NCBI RefSeq assembly: GCF_000143415.4
Contig: NW_003314309.1
Location: 124,001 to 188,000, forward strand
Source: Selaginella moellendorffii
Taxonomy: Eukaryota; Plantae; Lycopodiophyta
DNA length: 64,000 nucleotides
Direction: 5' to 3'
Part shown: positions 33,101-45,097 of the stretch, piece by piece
Position numbering within the stretch: position 1 is the first letter of the stretch
How the letters are laid out: every line of letters starts with the position of its first letter
Program-made: the position numbers and the translations under genes
The notes under the pieces: model-generated
What the model was told of the DNA's origin: nothing
The model's input: the letters and a program-made list of their open reading frames with translations, nothing else
The model's database searches: none

Positions 33101-33543
33101 CGAAACTTGTATCCCACCTCGACCATGAGAAGGATGTCTGGGAATTTCTTCTTGAGCTCCACAATCTGCTGCTCCAGAGGAGTAAGCTTCTCCTTCCCTG
33201 ACGGCGGCTTTCCATAAAAGGAGGAATTTCCACCACCGCCATCCCTGTCCCCCTCTCCAAGAAGAACATCTACAAACTTTCTACGCCTGTCTTTAATCGC
33301 TTCCCCCGATACTCCACAATCGGCATCCTTCCCATCGCCCGACCCGGCGTCTACATCTAAATTCAAGCACCGTTTCTTACTCGCGCTGGCCGCATTCTCG
33401 GCTGATCGCCTGAGATGATGCGGCGATGGCCACACAAGTGTGGGAGCCCGCGATGCATCGGTCTCACCTCGCTTGAAGAAGCTGGGGATGATCGCCTGGC
33501 CCTTGGCGGCGGCAGCGCCCTCGTCCTTCTTTCTCTTTCCCAT
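30166..33543 (-). pseudogene. MSH3: DNA mismatch repair protein MSH3 (MutS-beta subunit), 11 exons, frameshifted and C-terminally truncated
   Basis: [34 protein letters not shown] (K rather than F, typical of MSH3), KQTETAAIKAHG, FSRDLSALYTKAT, Walker A and DELGRGTSTHDG. Exons 33543-32548, 32488-32327, 32273-32109, 32056-31958, 31893-31696, 31634-31425, 31382-31251, 31196-30947 and three more. Frameshift near 31184; stop at 30166 before the C-terminal dimerization helix-turn-helix. Confidence 0.92.
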
Positions 33544-33599
33544 TCAAAAACTTATAAACCCTAAGATTCTTGCCTGGCCCAACAATATTATGGATAACC

Positions 33600-34145
33600 C
33601 CAAATCTAGCAGACAAATTGGTCCATCTCTTTCACCACCCTCTCCTCCCAGAAGCTCCTTAGCCTGGTATATAGAGCCCAAGAAATCTCTGGAGAATGGG
33701 CCAGCCTTGTGTCTTGGTAGGCCAACTTTGTAGCCAACTTCCACAAGCCTTCCCATACATGCAACCGGAATGAGAAAGCAGCCAATTTTCTTAGAATTTG
33801 CTTATCATAGCCACAGCTTTCTCACTGCCAGCGTTCCAACATTCTGCCACATCCTCTCCAAAAAATTGAAACTTTGTATCCCACCTCAACAATGAGAAGA
33901 GTGTTCAGAAATTTTTTCCTGAGCTCCACAATCTGCTGCTACAGAGGAGTAAGCTTCTCCTTTCCTGACGGCAACTTTCCATCACAGGAGGAATTTCCAT
34001 TAGAAGCATCCTGTCCCCAATAACATTTACAAGATTTCTATACCTGTGTGCTTGCTTTAGATGTAGAAGCCAGGTTAGGGTATTGATTGGCTGCATTCTC
34101 AGCTGGCCGTTTAAGATGATTCTTGAAAAAGCTGGTGGCGGCAGT
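33600..34145 (-). pseudogene. MSH3: Scrambled, degenerate duplicate of MSH3 exon 1
   Basis: RLVEVGYKVG...KAGPFSRD...GGEGGERDGPICL, colinear with 32790-33510 apart from deletions and one inversion. Confidence 0.85.
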
Positions 34146-34252
34146 GGTTAGTATATTTATTATAAGATTCTTATATTATTTTGTTAGAATAATATTATTT
34201 GTAGGTGAACCATATATTATAGCTTACTTGCTACACTAAATCTGAGAGGGAG

Positions 34253-34570
34253 ATGGAAACTCTTTGGCTAATTATTTTCCTGTTGCATTTGTTAGTTATT
34301 ATTGTTAGTTATTGCAAGAGTGAAATTTCTACAATATTTATCTTAGATTCATTGGTAGATTATGGAAATAATAATTACATTTTAAACACTTATGCAAAGG
34401 TCAATTTTCCTCCCTGTGAAAGAGAATTCCTTAGTGAAGCAACAAGGAAATTTTCAAATAGAAATCTCATTCTTAATGTGAATAAAGTGTTTAACTTTGT
34501 TCATTTGCAACTTCATATTGGAATCTTTAATTAATTCAACCATTTTTGTCACCCACAAAGAATATATAAT
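34253..34570 (+). pseudogene. GDSL esterase/lipase 5' fragment
   Basis: Signal-peptide-like start then IFILDSLVDYGNNNYILNTYAKVNFPP...ATRKFSN, equivalent to GDSL block I (FGDSLVDxGNNNY...ANFPPYG...TGRFSNG). Confidence 0.8.
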
Positions 34571-34579
34571 AATCAAAAT

Positions 34580-37460
34580 AATCTTTAATTTAGTCAGTGA
34601 ATTAAATTAAAAATAACACTATTCTTTTATACATATAAAGTTATTTTTATCCCATAATATTAATAATAAACATTTCTTCTATAAACCTCATACAATGTTT
34701 TATTAAGAAACTTCATTTAATTAAATTTATTTTAAAATTTTCCGATTCAGCTATATCAAGGTATGCATATATTACATTTTACTTAATTAATCTTTGGTTT
34801 TTCCTTGATGTTGGTTCAAATAAATATATTAATAACTGTTCATTATATAAATGGGAAGAAACTATGATTTGTTACAATGGCTTGAAATATTTTTGAAAGT
34901 TGAAATTTGAAAATTGAAATCTCTATAATAGGATTTGCATAAGTTAACTCTTTAAATAATAAAGTTATTTTTTTAAAAAAAATATTTACCATATAATATT
35001 AAATATATTTTATAATTAATTAATTAAATATTCATTTTAAAAAAAACTTCTTACTTGAAAGAACTCTTGTTTATTTTTATTTTAGATTAGACTATATTTA
35101 CAATATTTCTTGTTTTATTTAAAGTGTTCTTCATTTTGGTTGCTATATCTCTCTGGAAAATTAAATTATAAATTATTTTCAGAAATTTTAAATTAACTTT
35201 TAATCCTAATATCCTAATCATTGTTGTAAATCTATTCAATTTATTGTTGTAAGCACTTTAAAAGTTTTTATATTATCAATAAATAATTTATTTTGATAAC
35301 TTGTTAATGTCCAAGTTCCATGATCAATTTTTCCATCACATCACAGCCATATATTTTACTTTATTCTGCACACAACTAAGTCTTTTTTAGTACTTATTTC
35401 ATCATTTTTATCAGTAATAGTTTTATATATAGTTTCAAAAATATTTTTAAATATATACATATAATCCTTTAAAAATGCTACCGGCAACTTATAAAAATAT
35501 GAAAGTTGATAAAATGTGACTATATTATTGGGTAATGATATTTGATCTTCTTGTCTAACCAAATAATAATATATTTCTTATTGTTATGGAGTCATCTGTC
35601 CTAGTACTAGTCAAATATAATTATGACCATTAAATAAACTAATTAAAATTAAAAATTAATTTATGTTTTATAAATAATAACTAAAATCTTACGTTCTATT
35701 AGTAGACATAAATGGATGATCCATAGGTAAAAAACACCAATGACTAATATATATAAATTTTTATAAACTTCGTGACTATATTCCAAGATTGCAGATCCAT
35801 AGTCTAGGTGAAAGTATTTTCCCATTAGTTTGAAGTCCTGAAAAAATTTATAATTCAGGAAAATCATGAATAAACTATCACATTGCTTCTCTAAACTTAA
35901 AAAACCTTTTAGATTAAAATTATCTTTCCATGGCAGTTAATCCCATAATTGTTTTAACTCTTCCAAAAATAATGACCAATAAATATTAGGTACCTTTGGA
36001 AGTTTTGGGCCTAGAAATATTATAAATATAAATATGTAATTTTATTTTTTAAACTAATACTTGGTATAATCATAATAAGGAATATAAATGAAGGCTTAAT
36101 TGCTAGAGTTGGTGGTATATTATTATTAATTGCAACAATTGCCTAACATGAATATATTTTTGCCATTAATTTTGTTTGAGAAAGATCATCTACAGCTATA
36201 GTAAAATGTATGGATTGATGATCAAATGATAAGTTATATATTGTGTTATTTCTCTACATTGAAATTATTATTGAAATTAAGGTATAATAGAGAAATAGTG
36301 CATTATTTTCTCAGGTATATAATTGTTAAAATCTTTGTGCTTGTTAGCAATAGAAATTTGACAAAATTGAAGGTCCTTATTCTCCTTATGAAACAACATA
36401 AAATCATTGATGCATAAATCAATCTTTTTATATGTAAGTCCATTATGTTTAGTGATATTTACCATTATTTATAATTATTTGAAAAACTTTATTTGTAAGC
36501 AACATTTTTTTGAAGAGTTTTCATCCAAATAATGAAAAATTTAATACTAAATAATAAATAAAAATTAATTACTTTAAAAAATGATCCGTTGCTTGGCTTG
36601 ATATTCCAATATTAACTTGGACATCTAGAAATATTAAACAAGCCAACAAAATAGAAGCACTTGCCCCTTTATAAATAGGTAATAAATTGTCTTCATTTCC
36701 ATGTAAGCAATTTTAGAAATAATTAAATACATTATTATCCTCAATATCATCATTGCCACTACCATTATCACCACTCAAATTAATATAACAATCATTTGGA
36801 ACTATAAAGCTTTTATCAATTTCAAAAAATTGTTATACTAAAGTAGTAGATCTGCATAATCTAATCCCTTGAATATTTTCCATTGAAAACCATGCATCAT
36901 GTGATGCTAAAGGATGTTTACCATAAAGACAAATATGATTTATGATAATTTGTATAAGGTAAATATAATTACTTCCACAACATGCAACTCTCATTCCTAA
37001 ATCCTAAACAAAAAGCTTAATACAGATCTGAGGAAAAAAACAAAGTTCTTTTATTAGGAAATTATGTGTTAAAAGTGGGTACATTATACTGCTATTAGTA
37101 ATTTAGTTGGTGTAAATATTGTTGAAATTTATGACTAAAACTTTTGGAACTACAAACCTTAAGAACTTACATTTTAGTCACAGTTTAAAAGTTGTAAATT
37201 GCAACTCTAATTAGCAACATATATGAGCTTATCTCGCTTTAAAGAATATGTTACTACAAATTATGATTTATATTTTAGTTGTAAAGGACAACTATAATTT
37301 CCAACTTAAATTTGAGTAACTATAAAGCTATCACAAATTACAACTTAAAATTTGTAACTAAAGCCAATTTGATACTAACATTTAAGTTGAGTTGATTACA
37401 ACTTAAATTTCCAACAAACACAAAAATTTCGTTGGAAAAACATATCATTATAATGCTTTT
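34580..37460 (-). mobile_element. CACTA transposase relic and subterminal region, unit 2
   Basis: KKIDLCINDFMLFHKENKDLQFCQIS...IPEKIMHYFSIIP (36277-36465); 36915-37460 homologous to 20313-20850. Confidence 0.7.
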
Positions 37461-37813
37461 ACGGACTGGCAGAAGTCAAGTCTAAGTCTCCACATTCCAT
37501 CCACCGTGGCCAAAAAATCACCACAAAAAAAAATTGTGCAAAAATCTATGTTATGTAATATAGTTGATCAGTATACCAATGGCAAATCCCAAGTCCCCCA
37601 CTTTATTGACTAGCAAGGCTTTCATCAAGGCCCTTTGCTAGTCAATAAAGTCAATAAAGTATTTTACAATGGTAAATCCCAAGTCCCCCACTTTATTGAC
37701 TAGCTCAATTGACTCGAAGTCAAGTGTGCCAAGAATTGATTATCAAATGTGCGTGTAAACTCTGCAAAAAGAAGAACGTCATCTCGCACGTTCACTCTTT
37801 GATGTTCTGATCC

Positions 37814-39102
37814 ATGGCCATGTCTCTCGCGGATTTGCTGTTGCCTTTGTTTCTACTCGTCTTTCTCACAAGATCCCGGTCACAGTGCCCCACAAATCCA
37901 TCCGCAATCGTGAACGACACACAGGTTCTTCTCTCTCTCCGTGACAGGCTTGGCATCAAAGTGTGGAACGAGACTGCCAATCCAAGAGCATGGCGGGGAG
38001 TGGAGTGGAGCTCGGACAACCAAGTGGAGGGCCTCGCTCTGTCCAGGTTTAATCTCTCGGGAGTTTTTCCTGCCACCTGGGCCGAGCTTCCATCGCTGGC
38101 TCGCCTGGACCTCTCGCAAAACGGCCTCTCCTCGCTGGAAGTCCCTTGCAAAAATACGCAGCTCAACCTCCTCAACTTGAGCTCCAATTCCCTGCAAGAG
38201 TTCCCCGAGCCTCGAGAGTTTGGAAAGCCTGGACCTCAGTGGGAACTTCTTAACAGTGGCCAGACTCCCAAAGTTTAGCTTGACGCTGTGATCGCTCGAC
38301 CTGTCCATCAACAACTTAACTGGGAGCTTTTCCATTGGTGGTAACCTGGGACTGGAGGCACTGGAACTCTCGCAGAACGGCCTCAGCGGCTCCATTCCAG
38401 AAACTTTCGGGGAGATGACGAACTTGACGCGCCTGGACATATCGTATAACAGGTTTACAGGAGATCTACCCGATATTTGGAGCAAGAACTTGGAGCTCAG
38501 GTACATGCGTATCACCAACAATTCGCTCCAGGGTGGTTTGCCACCGAGCTTGAGAAGGCTACGCAAGCTCTCGGATTTACGCGCTGCATACAACTCTCTC
38601 TCCGGGCCACTGGAGCTGGAAGATGGCGACTTTGCAAGCATCGAGGTTTTGCACCTCGGGCTAAACTGGTTTAGCGGAACGATCCCGGCTACGCTGGGAG
38701 GCTTGAGGAACTTGAAGATCCTGGTTCTCACGGGGAATCGTTTTAGTGGCACCATCCCAGGCGAGCTCTCGAAGCTCTCGCATCTCCAGCTGCTGTTTCT
38801 CATGGGGAATCGTTTAAGTGGCGACATACCTCCGGAGCTTGGAAACTGGTCGAACATCAGGGAGATATGGCTCGACAGCAATGACTTGACTGGAACAATC
38901 CCAGGCGAGCTCTCGAAGCTCTCGCATCTCCAGCAGCTAGTTCTCAGCAGCAACGACATCGGCGGGGAGCTCCCTTCTGGACTCTCCAACTGCACCGAGC
39001 TCGTCGGTCTCTCGCTGAACCAGAACAAGTTCTCTGGAAATCTCCCTGACAGCTTCAGGAATTTGAGCCACCTGCTCCTTCTGTCGCTTTCCAGCAACGA
39101 TC
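37814..39102 (+). pseudogene. LRR-RLP copy 2: frameshifted and truncated
   Basis: Near-identical to copies 1 and 3; 11-bp deletion at ~38207, CGA->TGA at 38289, fewer A/B repeats; homology ends at ~39102 where it is fused to GDSL sequence. Confidence 0.92.
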
Positions 39103-40230
39103 TTAAACACTTATACAAAGGTTAATTTTCCTCCATGTGAAAGAGAATTCCTTAGTGGAGCAATAGGGAGATTTTTAAATAGAAATCTCATTTTTGATAT
39201 GAATAAAGTGTTTAAATTTGTTCATTTGCAACTTCATATTTAAATCTTTAATTAATTCAACCATTTTTGTCACCCACAAAGAATATATAGCAAGGTATAA
39301 ATTATGGAAGTGTTGGATGTGGATTGTTCAATACTATTGAAAATACATTTCTAAGTTTGTCTAAAGATAATTCCTTTAATTTTTTATTTTTTGTCAAGAG
39401 AATCTTTCCAATCCAAAATTATCTATGACATATCTATCTACAAGAGAAAAATTTCATTGAAGATAAATATATATTCATATCTCAAATTAGTCTAAATGCA
39501 ACACTAAACATTATAAATAAATCTATATTTTACATAACATATGGATTTAATGATATAATTAATAATTACTATGAACCTAGTTTTTTTTTGCCAAATCAAT
39601 ACATAATCTTAGAGTTTCTTGATATTTTGATGCAACTTTATGATACTCACATTCGTAAAATAATTTAAAGCTTACTCACATTCAAATAAATATAATTCAT
39701 AGCTTTAAATTATTTTATGACCTCTTTATTTATGTTATAAGTCTTGTATCAAAAAGGAGCATCCAAAATTGTGATTGCATAGTTATTTCTGTTAGGTTGT
39801 AGTACACTCTTTTTTATCAAACACCATTAACCAACCTAACAAAATAGCAATACAGTTTAACTGCAAGTTTAATTTAATTTAATTTTATCTTAGATTAAAT
39901 TTACCATCACTCAACATTTTCTATGCAGACTTTTACACTATACTATTTGATATTGTTCAAAATCCTCTATCATATAATAAATTTGTATTAAAGTGAAAGT
40001 ACTTATTGATACATTTTAATTATGGAAAATTGTAACAAGCTTCACAAATCTTAATGTTGAATGTTACAACTTTATAGGACCAAGTAAAAAAACTTTAGTG
40101 ACAGAATGTTTACCCTTAACTTCATTTTATTTAAATCCAATAAATTATATTTATTGGGATCAATTTCATCCTACCTCCAAAATTTATAATATATTTATTG
40201 ATCTATTTTGAATGAAAATGATTATATATA
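39103..40230 (+). pseudogene. GDSL esterase/lipase pseudogene (blocks II, III, V), strongly AT-shifted
   Basis: QGINYGSVGCGLFNT (~39290), KSIFYITYGFNDIINNYY (~39520), LYQKGASKIVI..LLGC (~39765), YIYWDQFHPTSKIY (~40147-40190). Confidence 0.8.
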
Positions 40231-40424
40231 TCTTATAAACATCCAGCAAGTAACTGTTATATATAATAAAAGTTTAATACAAAGTTTTGTTAGTCTGATT
40301 TTATTTAAAAAATTTATAACAAAATTTTAAACTGAAACTTTTTAAAGTAATTTAAAATATCTTAAATACTATATTATAATAATATTTATGTTTAATGTTT
40401 TAGAAAAATGATGAAGCATGATGC

Positions 40425-40930
40425 CGCATGATGGCGCACTTAGCTCGAGAGGAAAACGTCTTCGCTGCAAGACGGTCCCATCTGCTTGGCTTGAGAATGG
40501 ATGCCTCTGCCGGTCTCGAGACTAGCCTCCTTGACGAGCTTCCCATCGACCAAAACAGCGTCTTCCTTCGCCGCGAGGCTGCTACAAGCCTTTGCCGCGT
40601 CCTGGAGTTTGGCTTGCATCCTCTCGAAGAGATCCAGAGCCACATCGCTCTCGCCATTGGAGACGTAGCCCAGCATCAAGGACATCACGCTTGGGTGAAG
40701 AATGCTGTCGAACACGCGGCGGGAATCCTCCATGCTGCCGCATTTCGCGTACATGTCTCCCCAGCTGCTTGCTCTCCGCCGCCTGGGCGTGGATCGCCCA
40801 GGCGCAAATTGCCCTAGCGCAAATCCCTTGTGACCTTGGGCGCCCGCGGCGACGCTGCCGAAGGAGCGAATGCTGGTGCGGCGCATCGAATCGCTGCCGT
40901 CGCCAAGTCTCATCCATCGCAAGAACCCTA
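40425..40930 (-). pseudogene. PPR pseudogene, partial copy 2 (5' part only)
   Basis: Homologous to 25540-26090 and 54555-55090. Confidence 0.88.
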
Positions 40931-43274
40931 AACATTTGCTAGCAACATGGAAATTCAACCAAGGCCGTCGATTCAAGAATATCTGACGGTTGGAAATGAA
41001 TCGGGGTGGAAAACCTTAGGAAAAATCGCCCTGGTCGCCCTCGAGTTAAGTCGACTGAAAACAGGAACTATGGCGATCAAGCGTAATCGCTCTTAAGACT
41101 CTTACCTGTTGAGGCAGCGATTCCTGCTACTCCACCGGAGATCAAGCTCGTCACCATCCTACTCGGGCTTGAAAGTAAACATGCAACGCCAGGAGGCCTA
41201 AGCTTGTCAAAACTGTGTTTACCAATGCGATGGTGCTCTGTGCCTGTAAAGCTTTTCCAAAAATTTCTCACACTCGGAAACCACAAAAAAATCCAACTTT
41301 GAGCGTTCCAGTAGTTGTAGAGAGTGTCATACAAGCAGAAGTTTATCGCAATCGTTGGCCCTATGGCAGGAGTCAAGTCTGTGGCATTTGGCAGGGAGGA
41401 AAACCAATACCAAAAGCGTCGTCAGAGTTCCTTATAAAGGCTAAGAAAGCTCTCCTGTATGTGATAGATGCGGACACAGAGCAACGTTTACACGCAAGAG
41501 CACAAAAGCTGTCAAGGGAACAACCAACAACAAAGATCACAAAGCTCAAGGTGAGGAAATTCAGGAGAAGACTCAGGAACAAGATCCTGAACATGTAACC
41601 ACCTTGCAGGTTCCAAACTGACAGTCATCAAACCAGTGTAACGTGAACATGACCCAGCAGGAGCAGTCTCCAGCATCTCCACCGCACACAGCAACACTAA
41701 CACAACCAGCTCTCGATGCCGACACCGACAACATGCCGCATCACCGCAAACACCACAATTGAGAGCATCCCGAGCAGGAGTGACGCTGCAAGCCTGTGGA
41801 TCTTAAGCTTGGCATTTCTCCAGTTTGTGGACAAAATGCAGTGTCTCCAGTCAACACCATAGATGCAGATATCAGCAGATTTTTCAAGGCTTTTCGACGA
41901 CAAGCAGATGAGCATTTTCATGCGAGACAGAGTCCAATCAACACCTTTGTCTACCAGCCCCTAGATGTGAAGGTCATGAAGATCCAGATCCAGAACCATA
42001 TTCTCCAGCTCAAGAGGAGCATTCAAGGAATCTGTATGCACAAAGACTTAGCGCATGAATAAGGAACTCCCCAAGGAGAATGCAGAGCTTCGCAATGAGA
42101 TCTGACAGCTCAAGGTGAAGCAGCTGTAGGGATAGGGTGCGCTACAATAGAAGAACAAGTTCAAGAATGAGCTCTCAGCAGCAATACAACAGCCCAATGC
42201 CATGAAGAAGTGAGAGCTTCAAGATGAAACTCAACTCAATTGTGGGAGAAAGTGGAGCATAGAAAATCAACCTTATATTTAGAAACATCATCCTAAGTCT
42301 TGAAATTTAAATCTTAAGACTGAAGAACAAGTTGCCCCATGTAAAATTAATTAAGGAGGTGAGTTAACATTCAAACTTTATCCCTTTCTTTTGTACTTTA
42401 GCCTTCCATCATCAATGCATGTCCATTTGCTCAAAATCTAGAATACTTAAGTGATGCTAAGCTTATTTTTGCTCATGACTTCGACAAAAGCCTTTCTAGG
42501 GATTGAAAGACTCAAGTAATTCCTTTTTTACTTTTTATATATTTATTTGTGTCTAGCTGAAGTAAAATGCAAAATTAAGTCAAACAAGTGTAGTAGTAAG
42601 CATCCACTTTACTCTTACCTTTTTTTATTTTTCATTCTTATTTTCTTTTCCTCTTTCTTTCTTTTCTAGTACAAGCTTTTAGCATACAGACTTTTGCCCA
42701 AGTTTCTAGGAATGGTTTGTTTTAACATTTAAAGGAATGATTGCAAAACACATGAACTTTCAGCATTTAGATTGGGATGGATATTTGCCATTTCTTTGGT
42801 ATACGTATATCATAGGGTATAAAGTTCCATTGGTGCTTCACTTTATAAACTTTTATATGGTCATTATTCGATATGGTTAATAGAATTGAGTTTACTTTCG
42901 TGATTGCTATAAACTGCCAATATTAAGTTTTGGGATCAATATTTGATGAGCATTCTTCCACTCATTCGAGTAGAGTTTATTAAGCACTTAGGTTGTGTAG
43001 AAGTGGGATAATAACAACATAATAACTTCCATCATAGTCCATCAATGGAGTACAAAGTGGATGATTTGGTGTTAATCCATTTTCCCAATGTTACAATATA
43101 TGGTTTGTTTAAGGGGCTCTTTATTCAGTGAAAGGGACTATATTAAGTGTTTTGGTAAGTTAAACTACACATTTATAAAGTTTGGCAAAACATTCAACAA
43201 ACTAATCCTCCAGAAATTATATATATGCAATAACATATATTGCTTATAGCCACCACAACCACCACCCCAAATTT

Positions 43275-43830
43275 AACATCCAACTGCTAAGACAAATTGG
43301 TCCATCTCTTTCACTACCCTCTTCTCCTCACATAAACTCCTTAGCCTCAAGCATGGCTTTGGTATATAGAGAGAATGGGCCAGCCTTGTGTCTTGGTATG
43401 CCAACTTTGTAGCCAACTTCCACAAGCCTTCCCATGCACGCAACCGGAATGAGAAAGCAGCCAATTTTCTTAGAATTTGCTTATCATAGCCATAGCTTTC
43501 TCACTGCTAGCATTCCAATATTCTGCCACATCCTCTCCAAAACATTGAAACTTTGTATCCCACCTCAACAATGAGAAGAGTGTCTAGAAATTTCTTCATG
43601 AGCTCCACAATCTGCTGCTACAGAGGAGTAAGCTTTTCCTTTCCTGATGGCAACTTTCCATCACAAGAGGAATTTCCATTGGAAGCATCTTGTCCCCAAT
43701 AACATTTACAAATTTTCTATACCTGTGGTTGCAAGAGGATTTAGATGTAGAAGCCAGGTTAGGGTATTGATTGGCTGCATTCTCAGCCGGTCGTTTAAGA
43801 TGACACAACGATTATTCTTGAAGCAGCAGT
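43275..43830 (-). pseudogene. MSH3: MSH3 exon 1 degenerate fragment, copy 2
   Basis: Colinear with 33600-34140. Confidence 0.8.
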
Positions 43831-43916
43831 GCCTAGTATATTTATTATAAGATTCTTATATTATTTTATTAGAATAATATTATTTGTAGGTGAACCATAT
43901 ATTACAGCTTACTGAG

Positions 43917-44085
43917 ATGGAAACTTTTTGGCTAATTATTTCCCTGTTGCATTTGTTAGTTATTGCAAGAGTGAAATTTCTGCAATATTTATCTTTAGAC
44001 TCATTGGTAGATTATAGAAATAACAATTACATTTTAAACACTTATGCAAAGGCTAATTTTCCTCCCTATGGAAGGAAGATTTTTT
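43917..44085 (+). pseudogene. GDSL lipase 5' fragment, copy
   Basis: DSLVDYRNNNYILNTYAKANFPPYGR. Confidence 0.8.
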
Positions 44086-45025
44086 AGGAATTTAAACATT
44101 ATCTACTAATTTAAGAGCATTAGATTATATACAAAATAGTTTTACTTATATTTTCTTCACCATTATAGTTTTAAAGATAAAATAATCCTTAATTTAGGTA
44201 GAGAATTAAATAAAAATAACACTATTCTTTCATAGATATAAATTTTTTTTATCACACCAAATTAATAGTAAACATTTCTTCTATAAACCTCATATAATGT
44301 TTTACTATGAAAGTTCATTTAAGTAAATTTATTTTAAAATTTTTGAATTCAGCTTTATCAAGCTATGTATATATTGGATTTTTCTTAATTAATCTTTGGT
44401 TTTTCCTTGATGTTGGTTTAAATAAATATATTAGTAACTGAATGGGAAGAAACTATATTTTGTTGTTTAAATTTTTATTACAATAACTTGAAACATTTTA
44501 TTAAAAAAATTTGAAATTTCTATAGTAGGATTTGGATCAGTTAACTCTTTGAATAATAAATTTATTTTATAAATAAAATTATTTACCATATAATCTTGAA
44601 TAAAATCTAATGAATAATTAAATAATATATTAACTATTTATTTTCAAAAAGACTTCTTACTTGAAAGGGCTCTTGTTTTTTTCCTTTTATATTGGAATGT
44701 ATTTGCAATATTTCCTGTTTTATTTAAAGCCTTCTTCTTTTTGGTTGCCATATCTCTTTTGAAAATTAAATCATAAAATTATTTTCAGAAATTTTAAGTT
44801 AACTTCTAATCCCAATCTCCTAATAATAGTGCTAAATCTATGCAATTTATCGTTCATCCAATGCTAATGCCATCCTAATCACGATATTAATGGCTTCCTA
44901 ATTGCAATCCTAATCCATGTAATCAGTATTAATTATACTCCTAATTGCAAGGTAATGGCACAAACCTAATCACATCCTCTCAAGGATTCAAGGTTTTTTT
45001 GATTCAAGCTTTTTGTTCTTTCAAT

Positions 45026-45097
45026 CAAGCATTGCTGAGAGTTGGAATTCAAGGAGTAACGGTGAGCAATGTTCGTGGTTTAGGCACTCAAGGTGGA
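45026..45097 (+). pseudogene. Isolated fragment of nitrogen regulatory protein PII (GLB1-like)
   Basis: QALLRVGIQGVTVSNVRGLGTQGG resembles the PII motif ALL..GIRGVTVSDVRGFGAQGG; no other PII exons nearby. Confidence 0.75.
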
